A stretch of DNA of 21,213 bases from Euglena gracilis (taxonomy: Eukaryota), in contig CP154954.1 of assembly GCA_039621445.1 (NCBI GenBank), positions 14,426,387 to 14,447,599 on the forward strand. Direction: 5' to 3'. Positions 9,697 through 21,213 of the stretch are shown in pieces. The position numbers were made by a program, and so were the translations under genes. Positions within the stretch are counted from its first letter, which is position 1; each line of letters begins with the position of its first letter. The notes under the pieces are model-generated. The model searched no databases and was not told the origin of the DNA. It saw nothing but the letters and a program-made list of their open reading frames with translations.

Positions 9697-10989
9697 CTGT
9701 GTGAATTACATGCAAGATGCGTTGTGCTTCCCCAGTGTATTTTCCCAACACACTTTGCTTTGATTTCAATCAAACTCTCAATGTGAGTATTCATTTTGAA
9801 GGCACATGTAAATTTTGTATTGTTATGAATGGAGTCCATAATTTCGTAGTTCATCACTGCTTGCCTGAGAATTATTAATTTGATTCATTGAGTATAAACC
9901 TGGGATTGCATGATTCATCCAATGTTCCTTGCTTTTTTTGACCATATTCAATTTTAATAATATATTGCTCGTTGTTTCACCAATGAATCAGCTTAACCAT
10001 GCGAGTGCATTTTTGCTTTCCTTTTTTATTTCAATCCCGATCAAAGGTGGTGGATCAACTGCTGCGTGCTCCAGACAAAGCACGCAGTATTAACGTTCGG
10101 CCTTCGGAATTGTGAGCTGTTCCCCGTCCCGTGGACCGCGGTGTTGGCTCCCCTGTGACGAATCCCCCGTTGGCATCTGCCAGCCTCGTCTGAAATGCCA
10201 TATTGTCATCCCTTCCACCGGCGATGCAGCTGCAGTATAGCAATCAGCAAACAGCAAATCAGGAAAACGGGTATAACATTCAGCAAACAGCAAACCAGCA
10301 AAAAGGAAATCAGAAAGGATATAAAAATAAAAAAATGTTAGTTTTGAGCGTTGAGTTTGAGCATTGAGTCATGCAAATGAACGCCTGAATAATGAGATGG
10401 ACGCTCATTGCAATGTTTTCTAGGTTGGAAAATCAATAGAAAACAAATATATGAGATAGGCTTTTTTACATCCACCTGAAAGCGGTTACCTTCTTATTGG
10501 AAAACGTGTATTCACAAATTGTTCTGACACAATACCGAAAGATCGATGAACCTAGTTGCCTTATGAAATCCAACAAGTCAGTCCCCACCGTTGCTGTCAG
10601 TCCCTACAGCTAATTGTTGTGTTGGCCCCTGTTCCAAAGCGAGGCTGCAGCCTCCAATTTGCTTTTCTTTGCACTATTTTTCTTTCGTGATGTGTCTGTC
10701 TGCCCGCCCCACCCGTCTCCCCCTCTTGGCCCCATCCATTGACCCGTCCCCTGTTTTAACCCCAACTTGGTGCCGTACGTCGGGCCCATTCCGCTGCTTG
10801 TTGACGTTCCCGGAGGGGGGAAAGAGCTGATTTGCTTTTTCCCCTCCTTTGATGACAGGACCTTCCTGCGGGACGTATATTATACCAGTAGCGTTCACAC
10901 GTATGTTAAACATATTGCTTTAATAAATACATGGATGTTATGTATAATATAGAGAGTAATGTATGCATACAACATGCAATGCATGCAAA

Positions 10990-11075
10990 GTAATATATAG
11001 TATATATGTATATGTATAAATACAGTATACATATAATGTGTGTATATATACATGTATACATATACATATATACTA
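10990..11075. repeat. Degenerate (TA)-rich simple repeat
   Basis: tatata/tatgta/tataca runs. Confidence 0.7.
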
Positions 11076-11493
11076 ATACTAGCAATTGTATGGACCCCTC
11101 CAGGGGGCACACATAGTTCCAGGGGGGGTCCTGACAGTTCCCATCTGGTCCAAACTTTTCGTTCCATTTCGCCTGGGAAGCGTGGCGAAATTGCACGTTT
11201 TTTTTTTGTCTGATTTGGGAGGATATGTGCATACTTGTAGGAATGGGGTTAGGCTGGGATTGACGGGCCGTAAACTGCCCCCGATTATGAAGACCGGAAG
11301 TTAGGTGGCCGGTTGGGAAGATTTAACCCGTTTTGCCCAAAGAATTGCTGGAATTTGGCCTAAATTCTCCCCAAAATGGTCCGGAATGCGGCCTAACCTC
11401 TCCCTAAATTCCCAACAATGAGATCCTCACGGCAATTGGGCCGGGACCCAAACCCCAACCCAGAAAATAAACTCCGACTGTCACCGAAAGTGG

Positions 11494-11495
11494 GT

Positions 11496-11574
<79 letters not shown>
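11494..11574. repeat. (TG)n microsatellite
   Basis: Nearly uninterrupted TG run. Confidence 0.97.
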
Positions 11575-11575
<1 letters not shown>

Positions 11576-12674
11576 ATGCCACTGGTATATACACAGGCGA
11601 GTGCTGCCGTTGAAGAATAGGATTGGTTGATTGGCAACCAGGAACCATATGGACACCCTCCCGGGAATTCCAGATAGCTCCTCCAGGGGGGAGGGGGTCC
11701 AACTAATTCCACCTGTCATGCACACATACCCAACACACAGTGGTTGGGGTTGGGTGGTTCGATGTGTGTGTTCACTCTTTGGGATCGTGTGGGTGAGTTC
11801 TCCAGGAAAATGGGACGGTGGGTTTAGTTTGGGAAAGGATGAATCTCTGGTGGGTGATTTTCGTGGACTGCTGTGGTTGGGGACCATGGAACAATACTGG
11901 ATTCCCCCGAAAACCGTCCCATGCATTGAAAAATAGCTGCGCATTTTACAACCCCTCTGTGGTCTTCTCAAAAATATCGTCCTTAATAATGCCAGAGTTG
12001 ACGTTGCATATTAATTCATTTAGTGCCTCCTGTGAGCACCAAAAGATGTATCTTTTGTTGTTTGCCCCCCCCATAGGCAAGCACTGGTGTGGTGAGGCCA
12101 CTTCTGCTGGCCTCGTATATGTATACCAGCCAAGTGCAGCCTTGACTGTCCTGGCAGTATGCTGCTGTGCCATGGTGTTATTCTGGTTCTGGGTCAGATG
12201 AGAATGACATATGGAGGTGGTGTTTTTGGTTACGATAAAGTGCGGTGAAAATTTTCACCACATCTGGAGTTGGAAGAGAAAGGAATATGCACAATTTACC
12301 ACTACCAACATACACAAGAACACCACACAGTTTTCCCGAAGAAAAATGTGTGAGGAAAACAGGGTTGTTCTGCGGGAAGGTATTCAGCAGTTTTTCGCCA
12401 ACTACCCCGGCTCAATACCCCCGCCTCGTGCCCCCCAATTTGCCCAACTCCCAAAGTTGGCCCTCGGCCTGTTGGAGCAAAAATGGTCCGTCCGGCCAAG
12501 GAGCCAAGAGTGGGCGGGTGGGTGCCTCACCAGCCGCAGCCAGTCAAAATCTTAGTTGCTCCGACCAGAAAATAAATCACAATCAAACGCCTGAACAAAG
12601 AACAAGGCCTGACCCACACCCACAGCATAGGGCGAGGAATCGGGTGTGTATCAAACTGGTTCCGACAGAATATG

Positions 12675-13160
12675 CAGGGGGGGGGAAAAATGCGTTTCAC
12701 ATTTTTTCGCATTTTTGCGCATTTTTTGCGCATTTTTTCAAATTTTCCAAAAATGCGCATTTTTGCGCATTTTTTCGCATTTTTTGCGCATTTTTTCGTT
12801 TTTTTCGGCGCATTTTTTTGCTTTTTGGCACATTTTTTCGTGACTTTCCAAAAATTTCGCATTTTTTGACCATTTTTGCAATTTTTTGCAAAAATTTGAA
12901 ATTTTCGACTTTTTTTGAAACTTACATTTTCCTCATTATTCTACATAATTTCTTCAAATTTGGTGCCATTTTTGCATGTTTTTGGGTAATTTTTGCATTT
13001 TCGTGATTTATGTGCATTTTTTCTCAGATTTTGCACATTTTTGCGCATTTTTTCCAAAAATGCGCATTTTTTGCGCATTTTTTTGCGCATTTTTGCGCAT
13101 TTTTGCGCATTTTTGCGCATTTTTTCCGAGGCCAGGCGAGCGCATTTCCCCCCCCCCCTG
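12675..13160. mobile_element. Non-autonomous TIR element (MITE) with CAG...CTG ends and a 7-bp TSD
   Basis: TIRs ca(g)9aaaaatgcg and cgcattt(c)11tg. gaatatg lies directly on both sides (12668-12674, 13161-13167). The interior is made of tttttgcgca repeats. Confidence 0.88.
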
Positions 13161-14334
13161 GAATATGGCGGTCAACATACTCAGGCGTTTCTGGGCCATC
13201 TTCTGGAATCCGCCCCAATTATCTGGCTTCCACTTTCTGAATGGTTGTCTTCCAAGCCTTGTGAAAGAAACCATCCAAATGTTGGGAATACAGGACAAGG
13301 CAAACAAGGTACCCATGGCCTGGGGTCCGTGTCACACAGCCCGCAGCTACCACACGACCACACTGTCTGCTTGACGCCCTCCTCTTGGGAGGAGGCGGGG
13401 CGGCCACCCCGGATCTCCAAAGAGGCATGCCCGTTTGGCGTGCGAACCTTCTCGGCCCTCCACCCCTGGGCCTGTGCTACGTCCCCTCCCCTGACTAAGC
13501 ACCCCCTTTTTCTTCCCCAGCGTTTTAAAGTTCATCTTCTTGGGGAGGTTTATTTTGTGTGCCTTTTTGAGAGAAATTCCTCGAAATTTTCGAATTTTCA
13601 AAATTTTCTGAAGCCTGATTTGGAAGATATTGTTAACAATTGGTTTTTGTATCCAAATGCCTGCAAATGCAACAGTGAGCCAAATTAAGGGAATTTTACT
13701 GGTGCGAAGCACCGGTTTTTTCTTACAGAAAAAAATATCTCGGCACGCCTCCCCCTCCCCTGGTTCTTGCCCGTCATTTCCGGTTCTCAGACAGGGGGGT
13801 GTTGGAATTAGGTTGTAAAAAATATTTCTGGGATTGGCGGCAATTGTCTGGTGTTGTTCTTTTACACCTGCAAATGAAGAAGTTAAAAAAGAATTTGGGT
13901 TTTTGGTCAATTCTGCTGGGTTCGAAAATTTGGGTCCATCAAAAGGGCATAAGATTCGAACATCCAACCTCCAATTCACTGTTTTTTCAATATATTTTTG
14001 CTAGAAACCACCAAGGGCTTAATTTTTATTGTTTTCTTTGACTAACTCCGGCCTTAAAATGAATTTGTATTTATTTTTTTCTGTTGGGGCTCCCAAGAAC
14101 AAGAAATTTCTTACTCCGACTCCTGTCCCCAATTTGCTTTTTATGGACTTGATTAACATGTTTTATGTGATTTGTCGTCTGGATGGTCTCCTACAAATCA
14201 GGATTTAGTAGTTTTTTTTTTTATCTGGTCTTCAGGTAATTTTTTATATTTTTATCTCCACCTCTGCGTTTATGTAAAAAAGGGTGATGCTCTTGTGTCA
14301 CCACACCAACCCAGAATTTTTTCTAGTTGTCGTG

Positions 14335-14530
14335 ACCTGGGGGGTGGGCGGGTCCCCGGGTCGGCCCGAGTGGGTATCCCCAGAGGCAGGATTTTCTTCT
14401 ATTTCAGCGTGAACCGCTGAAGAAAAATTTGGACCCCAAAATTGACCCCCCCCCCAAAAGTGGGTCCACCAACTCCCCCCTCCCCCCCCCCCAGGGGACC
14501 CCAGTGGTTGGGTCTGGACCCACCCCAGGT
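14335..14530. mobile_element. MITE-like inverted-repeat segment
   Basis: acctggggggtggg(cg)ggtcc is inverted relative to ggacccaccccaggt. No TSD found. Confidence 0.45.
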
Positions 14531-16043
14531 GCTCTCTCCCCCCAACAGACGCGGGACATTTGTTCAATTTCGTTCAATCCAAGCGGTTCTATTGGCTGGC
14601 TCCCGTTCAGCCACGTCCACTCCCTTCGGCAGCGCCGGCCCTCTGGCGGACCACCACTGACCCTTTGGCTGCCATAGGCAGCCACTCCCGGACGAACGCT
14701 TTCCTGAAACCAGGAGGGGGGAGTGTCTGCCCAAGCCTGGTCACGTAGTTGCCAACGGCGATGAGGGAAATGAAAATTTATAAAATAAAAAATAAAATAA
14801 AATGATTTTATTTTTATTGATTATTTTTATTGATTTTATTGAAGCGTGTAATGTCTTTCAAGGGGAACCGCGGCAATTTGTGTTCTGGAGGCTCTTTCGT
14901 CAACTTTTCATCATTGGTTAGGCACCTCAGGAAAGCCTTCCCGGATGCCTAGAACACCTCCGACTGCTGTGTGGACCAGCGGGTTGTCGCATTTTCGGGC
15001 ATGCCCGTCTGCTACAACAGCAACCATCTTTATTTTATGATTTTTACTTTGTATGCTTTTCACATTCTGCATTTTTGTTTGCATGTGACGGCACCCATCA
15101 ACAGAGTTCGCCCAACACAGTTCACAACAGTGTTTACCCATGGAATCCTTGCCTTACACACACGTAGGGATTTTGTTATTGATGGCGGGCTGTGCGAGGG
15201 AGGGCGACTGCCCCCCCCCCCCCACCAGGAGGGTTGGCCGACTAATTTCATTTGAGTTTGGGTCTGGGTCACGGTGCACCGCTGGTTTTGCCATTTTTCA
15301 ATTATTTTTTAAATATGGGACGTTTTTTGAGAGTTTCTAGGTCATCCTGGAGCACTTCCATCAATTTGAAACCAAATTCAATTTGAGGGCGGGCGGGCTT
15401 AATTTTTAATTTCAAAGAAGGGGGTATTGTACAATGTGGTACAGTGTTTTTTTGGATGAAAAGTATTTGCATGTACAGTATAATATTGATCGAGCAAAGG
15501 AAGCAATGAGAAATAGTGTGCAATGAATACATTTTTCCTAAAGCACTCATTGCACATTTGACGTCTGGCAGAGAAGTGTACATCCCAGGGGATGTACAAA
15601 GAATTTATTTCCGATTTGCATTTTTGAATTTTTTTGCATTTTTGTGGTAATTTGTTTTGGCATCAAGAGCCCCTCTTCTTCAACTTATGCAAATGTTGCC
15701 TAAAATCTTCCACGTGCTAACGTTCATATGGGCATGCCGCCATCCCCTGCCATCACAGCATTGGTCGCGCGAAAGCAGCGCCAGTCAGGGGTTTACTCAA
15801 CGACCCCGGGAGTGTTCCTGTGGATTGTACCCCCAAAATGTGGTCGCAGACGGTCAAGCAATGTATGTTAGTGAAGGTTGTGCACGTTTCCGCCTCAAAA
15901 TGTTTTTGGATAAGAAACCCAATCCACCTGGATTCGGGCTCTTTTTGGCGCCAGCCAGGCCTCGCCCGGGCTGCCAACTGGGACAAGTCGGCGGGCCAAC
16001 TGCCAAGTTTGCATGTTAATAATTGCGAGGCTAAATTCCTAAA

Positions 16044-16235
16044 GCCTAGAGGGGGGGGGGCAAGGTCAAAAGCTGGGGGGCTAAGTTTGTATGCAATGAG
16101 CAGGCGGGCCAAGCGCCTGGCGTTTGGCACTTCGCTCCGCCAGACTGGGCTAAAGTCACCCTTGCTTTGTATCAACAGACCCTTGCTCTCTGAAACCCAA
16201 TGGCTGGTGGGGAGGTCGACCCCCCCCCACTAGGC
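16044..16235. mobile_element. MITE-like inverted-repeat segment
   Basis: gcctagaggggggggg is inverted relative to cccccccccactaggc with one mismatch. No TSD found. Confidence 0.45.
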
Positions 16236-16608
16236 GGAAATACGCTTTCCGCATGTTTCAGAAAGGCGGATTTCCACCTTCCGAAAATTTCAAAATGTTA
16301 AAGGGGATGCCCACCCCGCAGTGCTGGAACTGCATGGAACTTCAGCCCGTTTTATCCGCATGCAAACACCTTGAATGATTTACCGCATTTTTTTGGTCAC
16401 TGCTCGATACTTCCAGCCAGAAGTGGTCAAATTGGCCCAAGGAGGCAAAAAGTCGCACAAAACGACCAGAGTTGCCCTTGATGGCCCGAAACAGCCAATG
16501 AGGCAAAAACAAGTTGTTTATATGTTTGTTTAACGGCCTGCAGTGCCGCGCACTGCCATGTAATGCCACGCAGTGCCCACACATTGCACTAATTGGTGGG
16601 CATCCCCA

Positions 16609-16729
16609 CAGATTTCTTTTCGTCCCGAGGGAATTTTTCCTTGTCCAGGTTCTGCAGTGGGTGGGACCCGGCCTTCTCGTACAGCCTATCCCCCCCCCCC
16701 GGGTGTGGGGTAGGGGTAAGAAACCCCTG
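16609..16729. mobile_element. Short CAG...CTG element with a 6-bp flanking direct repeat
   Basis: Ends cagatttctt and aagaaacccctg form an imperfect inverted repeat. tcccca lies at 16603-16608 and 16730-16735. Confidence 0.45.
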
Positions 16730-17227
16730 TCCCCAGGTCCGCTACTGGACTCTGGCCAATCCCTCGCCAGGGGGTGGCTATTTTTGTCTGGTGCATCATG
16801 TTTTGTTTTGTCATGTTTTCACATGGCCATCCATCCTCGGGAAAAATTCCTGAACTTTTTCAGTGGGTGGGCAAGACTGTTTGATTTCTCAGGTGGTGTT
16901 GATGGGATTAATTTACTTGAAATTTCTTGCTTGTCACTGAGACGTAAGTGTGGACAATACGTCCCCACTTTTTTGAAAAGATGTTTTTGTGACATTTTCT
17001 CGAAGTTTCTGGGGTTTTGTTTGCATTAATTTTTGCTGTTGCTTTTCTCGGAGAATATGCATGTACATTTATGCTGCAAGGAAGGAATGAAGCCCATTCC
17101 AAAAAAAATGCCAAAATGCACCCGCTTTCAAAGTTTATGCAAATTTTTTTCTGCCTCCGGCGTAGGTGTGAGCTGTCCTGATACCCCTTAAGGTCCTTGT
17201 CTTTGGCCACAATATATAAGCATCCAT

Positions 17228-17465
17228 ATATTCTAAATGCCCCTTCCGAGGGGGGGGGCATTTAGAGTTTGCAGGGGGTCAAAGTAGTCTTTTTGTGTTA
17301 ATGATGGTATAGGGTTAGGTGCGCGACTTAGGGTGTTAGGTGTACAAGTTAGGCCTAACCCTAACCCTAAGTTGCGCACCTAACCCTATTCCATCATTAA
17401 CGCAAAAAAGAGTTAACTGCCCCCTGGACACTCTAAATGCCCCCCCGGGGGGGCATTTAGAATAT
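17228..17465. mobile_element. Foldback (whole-length palindromic) element with central TTAGGG/CCCTAA units
   Basis: atattctaaatgcccc and ggggcatttagaatat ends. The arms stay complementary to the centre (ttaatgatggtatagggttaggtgcgc vs gcgcacctaaccctattccatcattaa). A TA TSD is possible. Confidence 0.85.
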
Positions 17466-19123
17466 GGCTGCCATATATATTATATGTGTGTATACATGTA
17501 ATTTTAAATTGACATATAAGCATAAACATTTAAATTCCCTCTATCTTCTCTGTCCCCTTGCTTTGCAGTCGACCACGGAGAGTTCCACTGCGCATATTAT
17601 ACCGCTGAGAGAACGTCCCTCAATCATTTCCCAGTTATCTGGCTCTTGTTTTGGCTTCATCCCTCTTCGCTTTGATCTGCAAAAGCATTTTTCCCCACCT
17701 TGAGGAGCTTTGTGAAGCCGTAGGGGGGGAACTTCCTGTTGCACAGAAACAGATTTGCAAAGACTTTTTTAGCTGGAATATTTAACTTCGTATGGGAAAA
17801 GACTTCAACGTAAAATATTTCACATATGTCATTCTGCAATTATGATATGAAGGCCCCATTTGGACCAATTTTTTACCTCACTGGTTAATACCTTGTTCCG
17901 TAAGATGCTCCAGAGAAGTGCCATTTTAACAAAATCAACAAAAACGAAGAGTGCATCACAACAAGGGCAGCCAAATCAATGCGCTCCGGCTCTGAATGCA
18001 AGCTTTGTTGGACGTGCAGGAGCTTTCACTCCTCCCCTGGAATTAGGGAGGGCGGACGTTCCGATACCCACCAATATTGTTGTACATTAGTTGACGACTT
18101 TCCTGAGTTTTTGTTTGTGTTTGTGCTTGTGCGCGAAAGATCAAGGATCATCTTGCTGATTTGTCAGCTCTGTTTATTTGTTTTATGGGTACATGGGTGT
18201 GCAGATAAATGATATCAGTCAATAATCATTCACAGTTCGCTGATTCTTCACCCTGGGTCAGTGTTACAATTGCTGATTTGTTGTTTTTTTTTTTTGCACA
18301 GCAAGTGTGTTATCGAAATTTTGTATTTTTACCTGAGCCTTGAAGTACTACACATGTATTCTTTCTTTGTTGTGTTTCTTTGTTATGTGAAGAAAATCGG
18401 GGGTTTCAAAACTGTACCCAGCTTCCAATTTTTATTGAGTGCCACCCATTGCCTTTGCCAGTCTTCTTTGATTTTCCTCTCGGCGGCGGATAATGTGTTT
18501 AGCTTTGGTTTAGTTTTAGTCCAGCAACCTTTGTTTTTGGTGATATTATTGACCACCAAACTATATCTCAAGTTCTTTCTTAGGCTTACTAGGGACACCG
18601 GCATCTTCCAACACCGACAGGTGGGCAGTCACCTGGATCCTGACAGTTCCTCGGGGGCGACACTCTCCCGGGAATAAATGCAGCAACCCCCCCCCCAACG
18701 TGAGGGAGGTTGCACTGCAGGATTGGTCAATGATGATCAATTTTGGACCACTTGCAGTCCCTTTCCCGCCCGATCAGAGGTTCCTTAAAGACGAGGGCGA
18801 GCACCCACTCACCCCCCCCACCCTCAGCCCCACCCCCCCCATGGGAGTGTCTGAAGACAGCTAACTGCTGTTGGGTGGTCAAATTTGGATCCAAAACATT
18901 TTTCGGCATTGCATTCAGAGGGTACCTCTGGGAAGGGGTTCACCTCCTGTTCCGTGCGAGACGCCGAGAAACGGGACCTCGAATTGAGCTGAAAAAGTTA
19001 GTCCTGGCCCCCTCCCGGGGGGGCTTACCGTAGGAGGAGGTTCGATCTCGAACGTTCGAGCTCGAACCTCCTCGAACGTTTTTAAGCCCCCCCTTCAAGG
19101 GGGGGAAGGGGGGGGACTTAAAA

Positions 19124-20633
19124 CAGGGGCAGGGAGATATTCCGGTCCGGAATAAACCGGAATAAACCGGAATAGCGAAAACCGGAATAAACCGGAATAA
19201 ACCGGAATAACCGGAATAAAAGTGCCAGCCAATAGCTTGAAAATTCTGCAAGACACAAAGGCAATGAAGGTGATACTTTCAGGTTTCAAAGCCACAAGAG
19301 CAACAAAAGAGCGCAAGCATAGCACAATCGGCATTTGATATCAGGAGCACACCTTCACTTTGCCTGTTTCTTCCCCTGATTGAATGCATTTTTTGTTTGG
19401 ATTTTATCCCCACTTGTGGGGCTGCACTTAGTGAATGTTTGTCCCTGAGTTCTTTCCAAAGGGACATGAACTAGAACAATATCTACGCTGTGATCTTTGG
19501 GGGCAGGGATCCCATTGGACAAAGCGAGGGGGTAATAACACTCTCAGGCGACCTAACTCGCACTTCAGGTTTTGATTTTTGCATTGCGTTTAAGCGCAAC
19601 GTTGCATTCTTTTTGAAGCCCAGCGGTGAAACCCACCCTTTTGGCCCTCTGGTTCCGCGGGGACCTTCCACGGTAGCACGTGTATCGTTTGCGGTTGTTG
19701 GGACCCAGGAAACAGGCCCTTTTGGTGTTTTTAAGCCTGTGCTCTATTTTGAAAGGGTTCAAAACTCCGGGGGGTTTAGGCTCTGCGATCTGTCCATTGA
19801 AGGTTTGCCTGCCCCAAGACCTTTCGCTTGGTACCGACAGAACTCAGCCACATTGCACAGCTCTCTGAAAATCGGCGGTCGCATTTTCCGACCCTGTTTG
19901 GAAATTCGAAATTCCTTTTTTCAGCTCCCATGTTGCCCATCGATTGAAAGCTCTTCTCAAGGGCTTTCAGCAGATGGCCTTAGATTTCTGCCATGCTGCA
20001 TGGTATTCTATTTCCCCAAAATTGGCCGAATGGAAATTGTTATACAAAAAAACCCAATTTCTGGCAGAAGACCCACCAAAAGACTGGCCAGATGTGCTTA
20101 CCACATGACTACAAACCATTTTGGGCACTTTTGGGCAGTTTTGATTTTGGGTCCTCCACACGCCAGCTTCAAGCCCGAACCGGCGTCACAGACACCGGTT
20201 CGGGTGTGAAGCCGGAGCCCCCAGACATGGTTTCAAAGCTAAGTGCGAGTTAGGTCGCCTAAGACACTTGGCAGGACAATTTTTGGGAAGGAAAAAAAGA
20301 CAGCGGTGCCAGGGACCCGCCTCAAGAGAAAACCCCAAGAACCAATTTTCATCGGCTTGTTTTTCCCAAAAAGGCCGGGGCTGTGATGTGATGTGATGAT
20401 CCGCATCACCAAGTGCGAAGTGACCACTTGGCGGGGTGGGGCAACCCCATTCGTGTAGCCCGGGTGAGCGCCTCGGCCCAATTGTACTTCGAAAAAATCC
20501 GAAGTCCATTCAGACAGGAATTGACCGGAATAAACCGGAATAAATTACGGAATAAACCGGAATAACCCGGAATAAACCGGAATAAAACACCGGAATAAAA
20601 TTTTCGGCCGACCGGAATATCTCCCTGCCCCTG
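19124..20633. mobile_element. Non-autonomous DNA transposon with CAGGGG termini (hAT- or P-like)
   Basis: Perfect 24-bp TIR caggggcagggagatattccggtc / gaccggaatatctccctgcccctg. cttaaaa is duplicated at 19117-19123 and 20634-20640. ccggaataaa subterminal arrays lie at both ends. No transposase ORF is recognisable. Confidence 0.92.
19542..20264. mobile_element. Inner TIR element nested in the CAGGGG element
   Basis: Perfect 20-bp inverted repeat aggcgacctaactcgcactt (19546-19565) / aagtgcgagttaggtcgcct (20241-20260), extending 4 bp outward with one mismatch. cac flanks both sides (possible 3-bp TSD). Confidence 0.78.
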
Positions 20634-20940
20634 CTTAAAAACGTTTGAGGACCCTCCTCGAACGACCTCGAACGACATTCGAGGAGGGTCTCGAACCTCC
20701 TCGAACGACCTCGAACGACGTTCGAGGAGGGATTTTAAGTGGACCCCCCCGGGAGGTGGGGGGATCCGCTGGCAGGGCTAGCCAGTGAAAGTTTTTGTTC
20801 CAGTTGCTGGCGCGAAGTGCCGAAAAGATTTCTGGGACCCCCCAAAACTGGCCAAATGCCCACATTTGGCCATTTTTTGGACAAAGTCTGCCAAAACCCC
20901 ATTAAAAACCTCACTTCTACCTCGGCGCACAGCACCAGAG

Positions 20941-21072
20941 GGAATTTTTTTTCTTCAGTCGGAGGGACCCCCGGACCCCCCCCTTGGAAGGGGGGTTCTA
21001 GCTGGTCCATTTTTTCCCAGCTCGTCCAAAATTTTAGCCAGTGGACCCCCCGGGGCCTTAATCAAAGGCGTG
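20941..21072. repeat. Dispersed repeat terminus shared with 7969-8102
   Basis: ggaatttttt..cagt.ggagggacccccggacc and gcca.tggacccc..ccttaa.caaa.gc.tg occur in both places in the same order. Confidence 0.7.
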
Positions 21073-21213
21073 GTGTGGATGAATTGCATGGCATTGGGCT
21101 GCAAGCCCCGGAGCAGGGGCGACAGCGATCGCATGCCAATCAAGCCAGGAAGTGGACCGGTCGGGTGATAATTTCCACACTTCCCCACCCGTGGTGGATC
21201 TTCAACTGCCCCA

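Larger units (their letters stand above)
19010..20757. mobile_element. Host repeat element with ctcgaac/ttcgag units, split by a nested insertion
   Basis: cctcccgggggg (~19011) is inverted relative to ccccccgggagg (~20745-20756). tcgaac/ttcga repeats occur at 19040-19080 and 20641-20730, and removing 19124-20633 restores a gttttt.aagccc...gggacttaaaaacg palindrome. Outer limits are approximate. Confidence 0.6.

Noticed and set aside
11946-12190. HTARTVKAAL, resembling a Tc1/mariner motif
   Set aside because: The neighbouring DNA/SPDLNPIE-type motifs and TIRs are absent.
12245-13688. Phe/Ala/His-rich and Lys-rich ORFs
   Set aside because: They arise from tttttgcgca repeats inside the 12675-13160 MITE.
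12380-14760. Further GC-rich islands (about 12380-12545, 13170-13500, 14580-14760) as exons
   Set aside because: Plausible, but strand, frame and splice sites could not be fixed from sequence alone.
14770-14841. AT-rich aaaat/atttt quasi-palindrome
   Set aside because: Low complexity, with no termini or TSD to support an element.
14890-15040. TRWS word on the minus strand, resembling a hAT transposase motif
   Set aside because: Four-residue match among stop codons with no other hAT motif.
19490-20209. 239-aa ORF as a possible transposase
   Set aside because: GTG start, crosses the inner element's TIR, and has no recognisable DDE or DNA-binding motif.
19147-20730. CRISPR-like or iteron-like arrays
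   Set aside because: Units are about 10-bp tandem repeats without unique spacers, within transposon ends in eukaryotic DNA.

Overview
Eukaryotic nuclear DNA, most likely from a euglenid (Euglena-like). Short GC3-rich exons sit among long, repeat-filled introns, and at least one intron has the euglenid nonconventional signature (Y|R borders, CAG at +4..+6 pairing with CTG at -8..-6, no GT-AG). The window holds the last exon of an upstream gene (52-155), a multi-exon plus-strand gene with an F-box-like motif near its C-terminus (core 4917-7683, tentative upstream exons from about 1164), a tentative convergent minus-strand gene (about 9696 to 8088 or lower), microsatellites and many non-autonomous TIR elements, some nested. 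Key observation: the nonconventional intron that splits the F-box is exactly a CAG...CTG inverted-ended element flanked by a perfect 8-bp duplication (GACGCGGT). The known 3+5 nt splice offsets remove the element plus one copy of the duplication. Free-standing CAG...CTG elements with 6-7 bp duplications occur in the same window, which points to a transposon-driven intron-generating (introner-like) system. All gene models are read by eye and need transcript confirmation. Most ORFs in the supplied track are artefacts of repeats or high GC.
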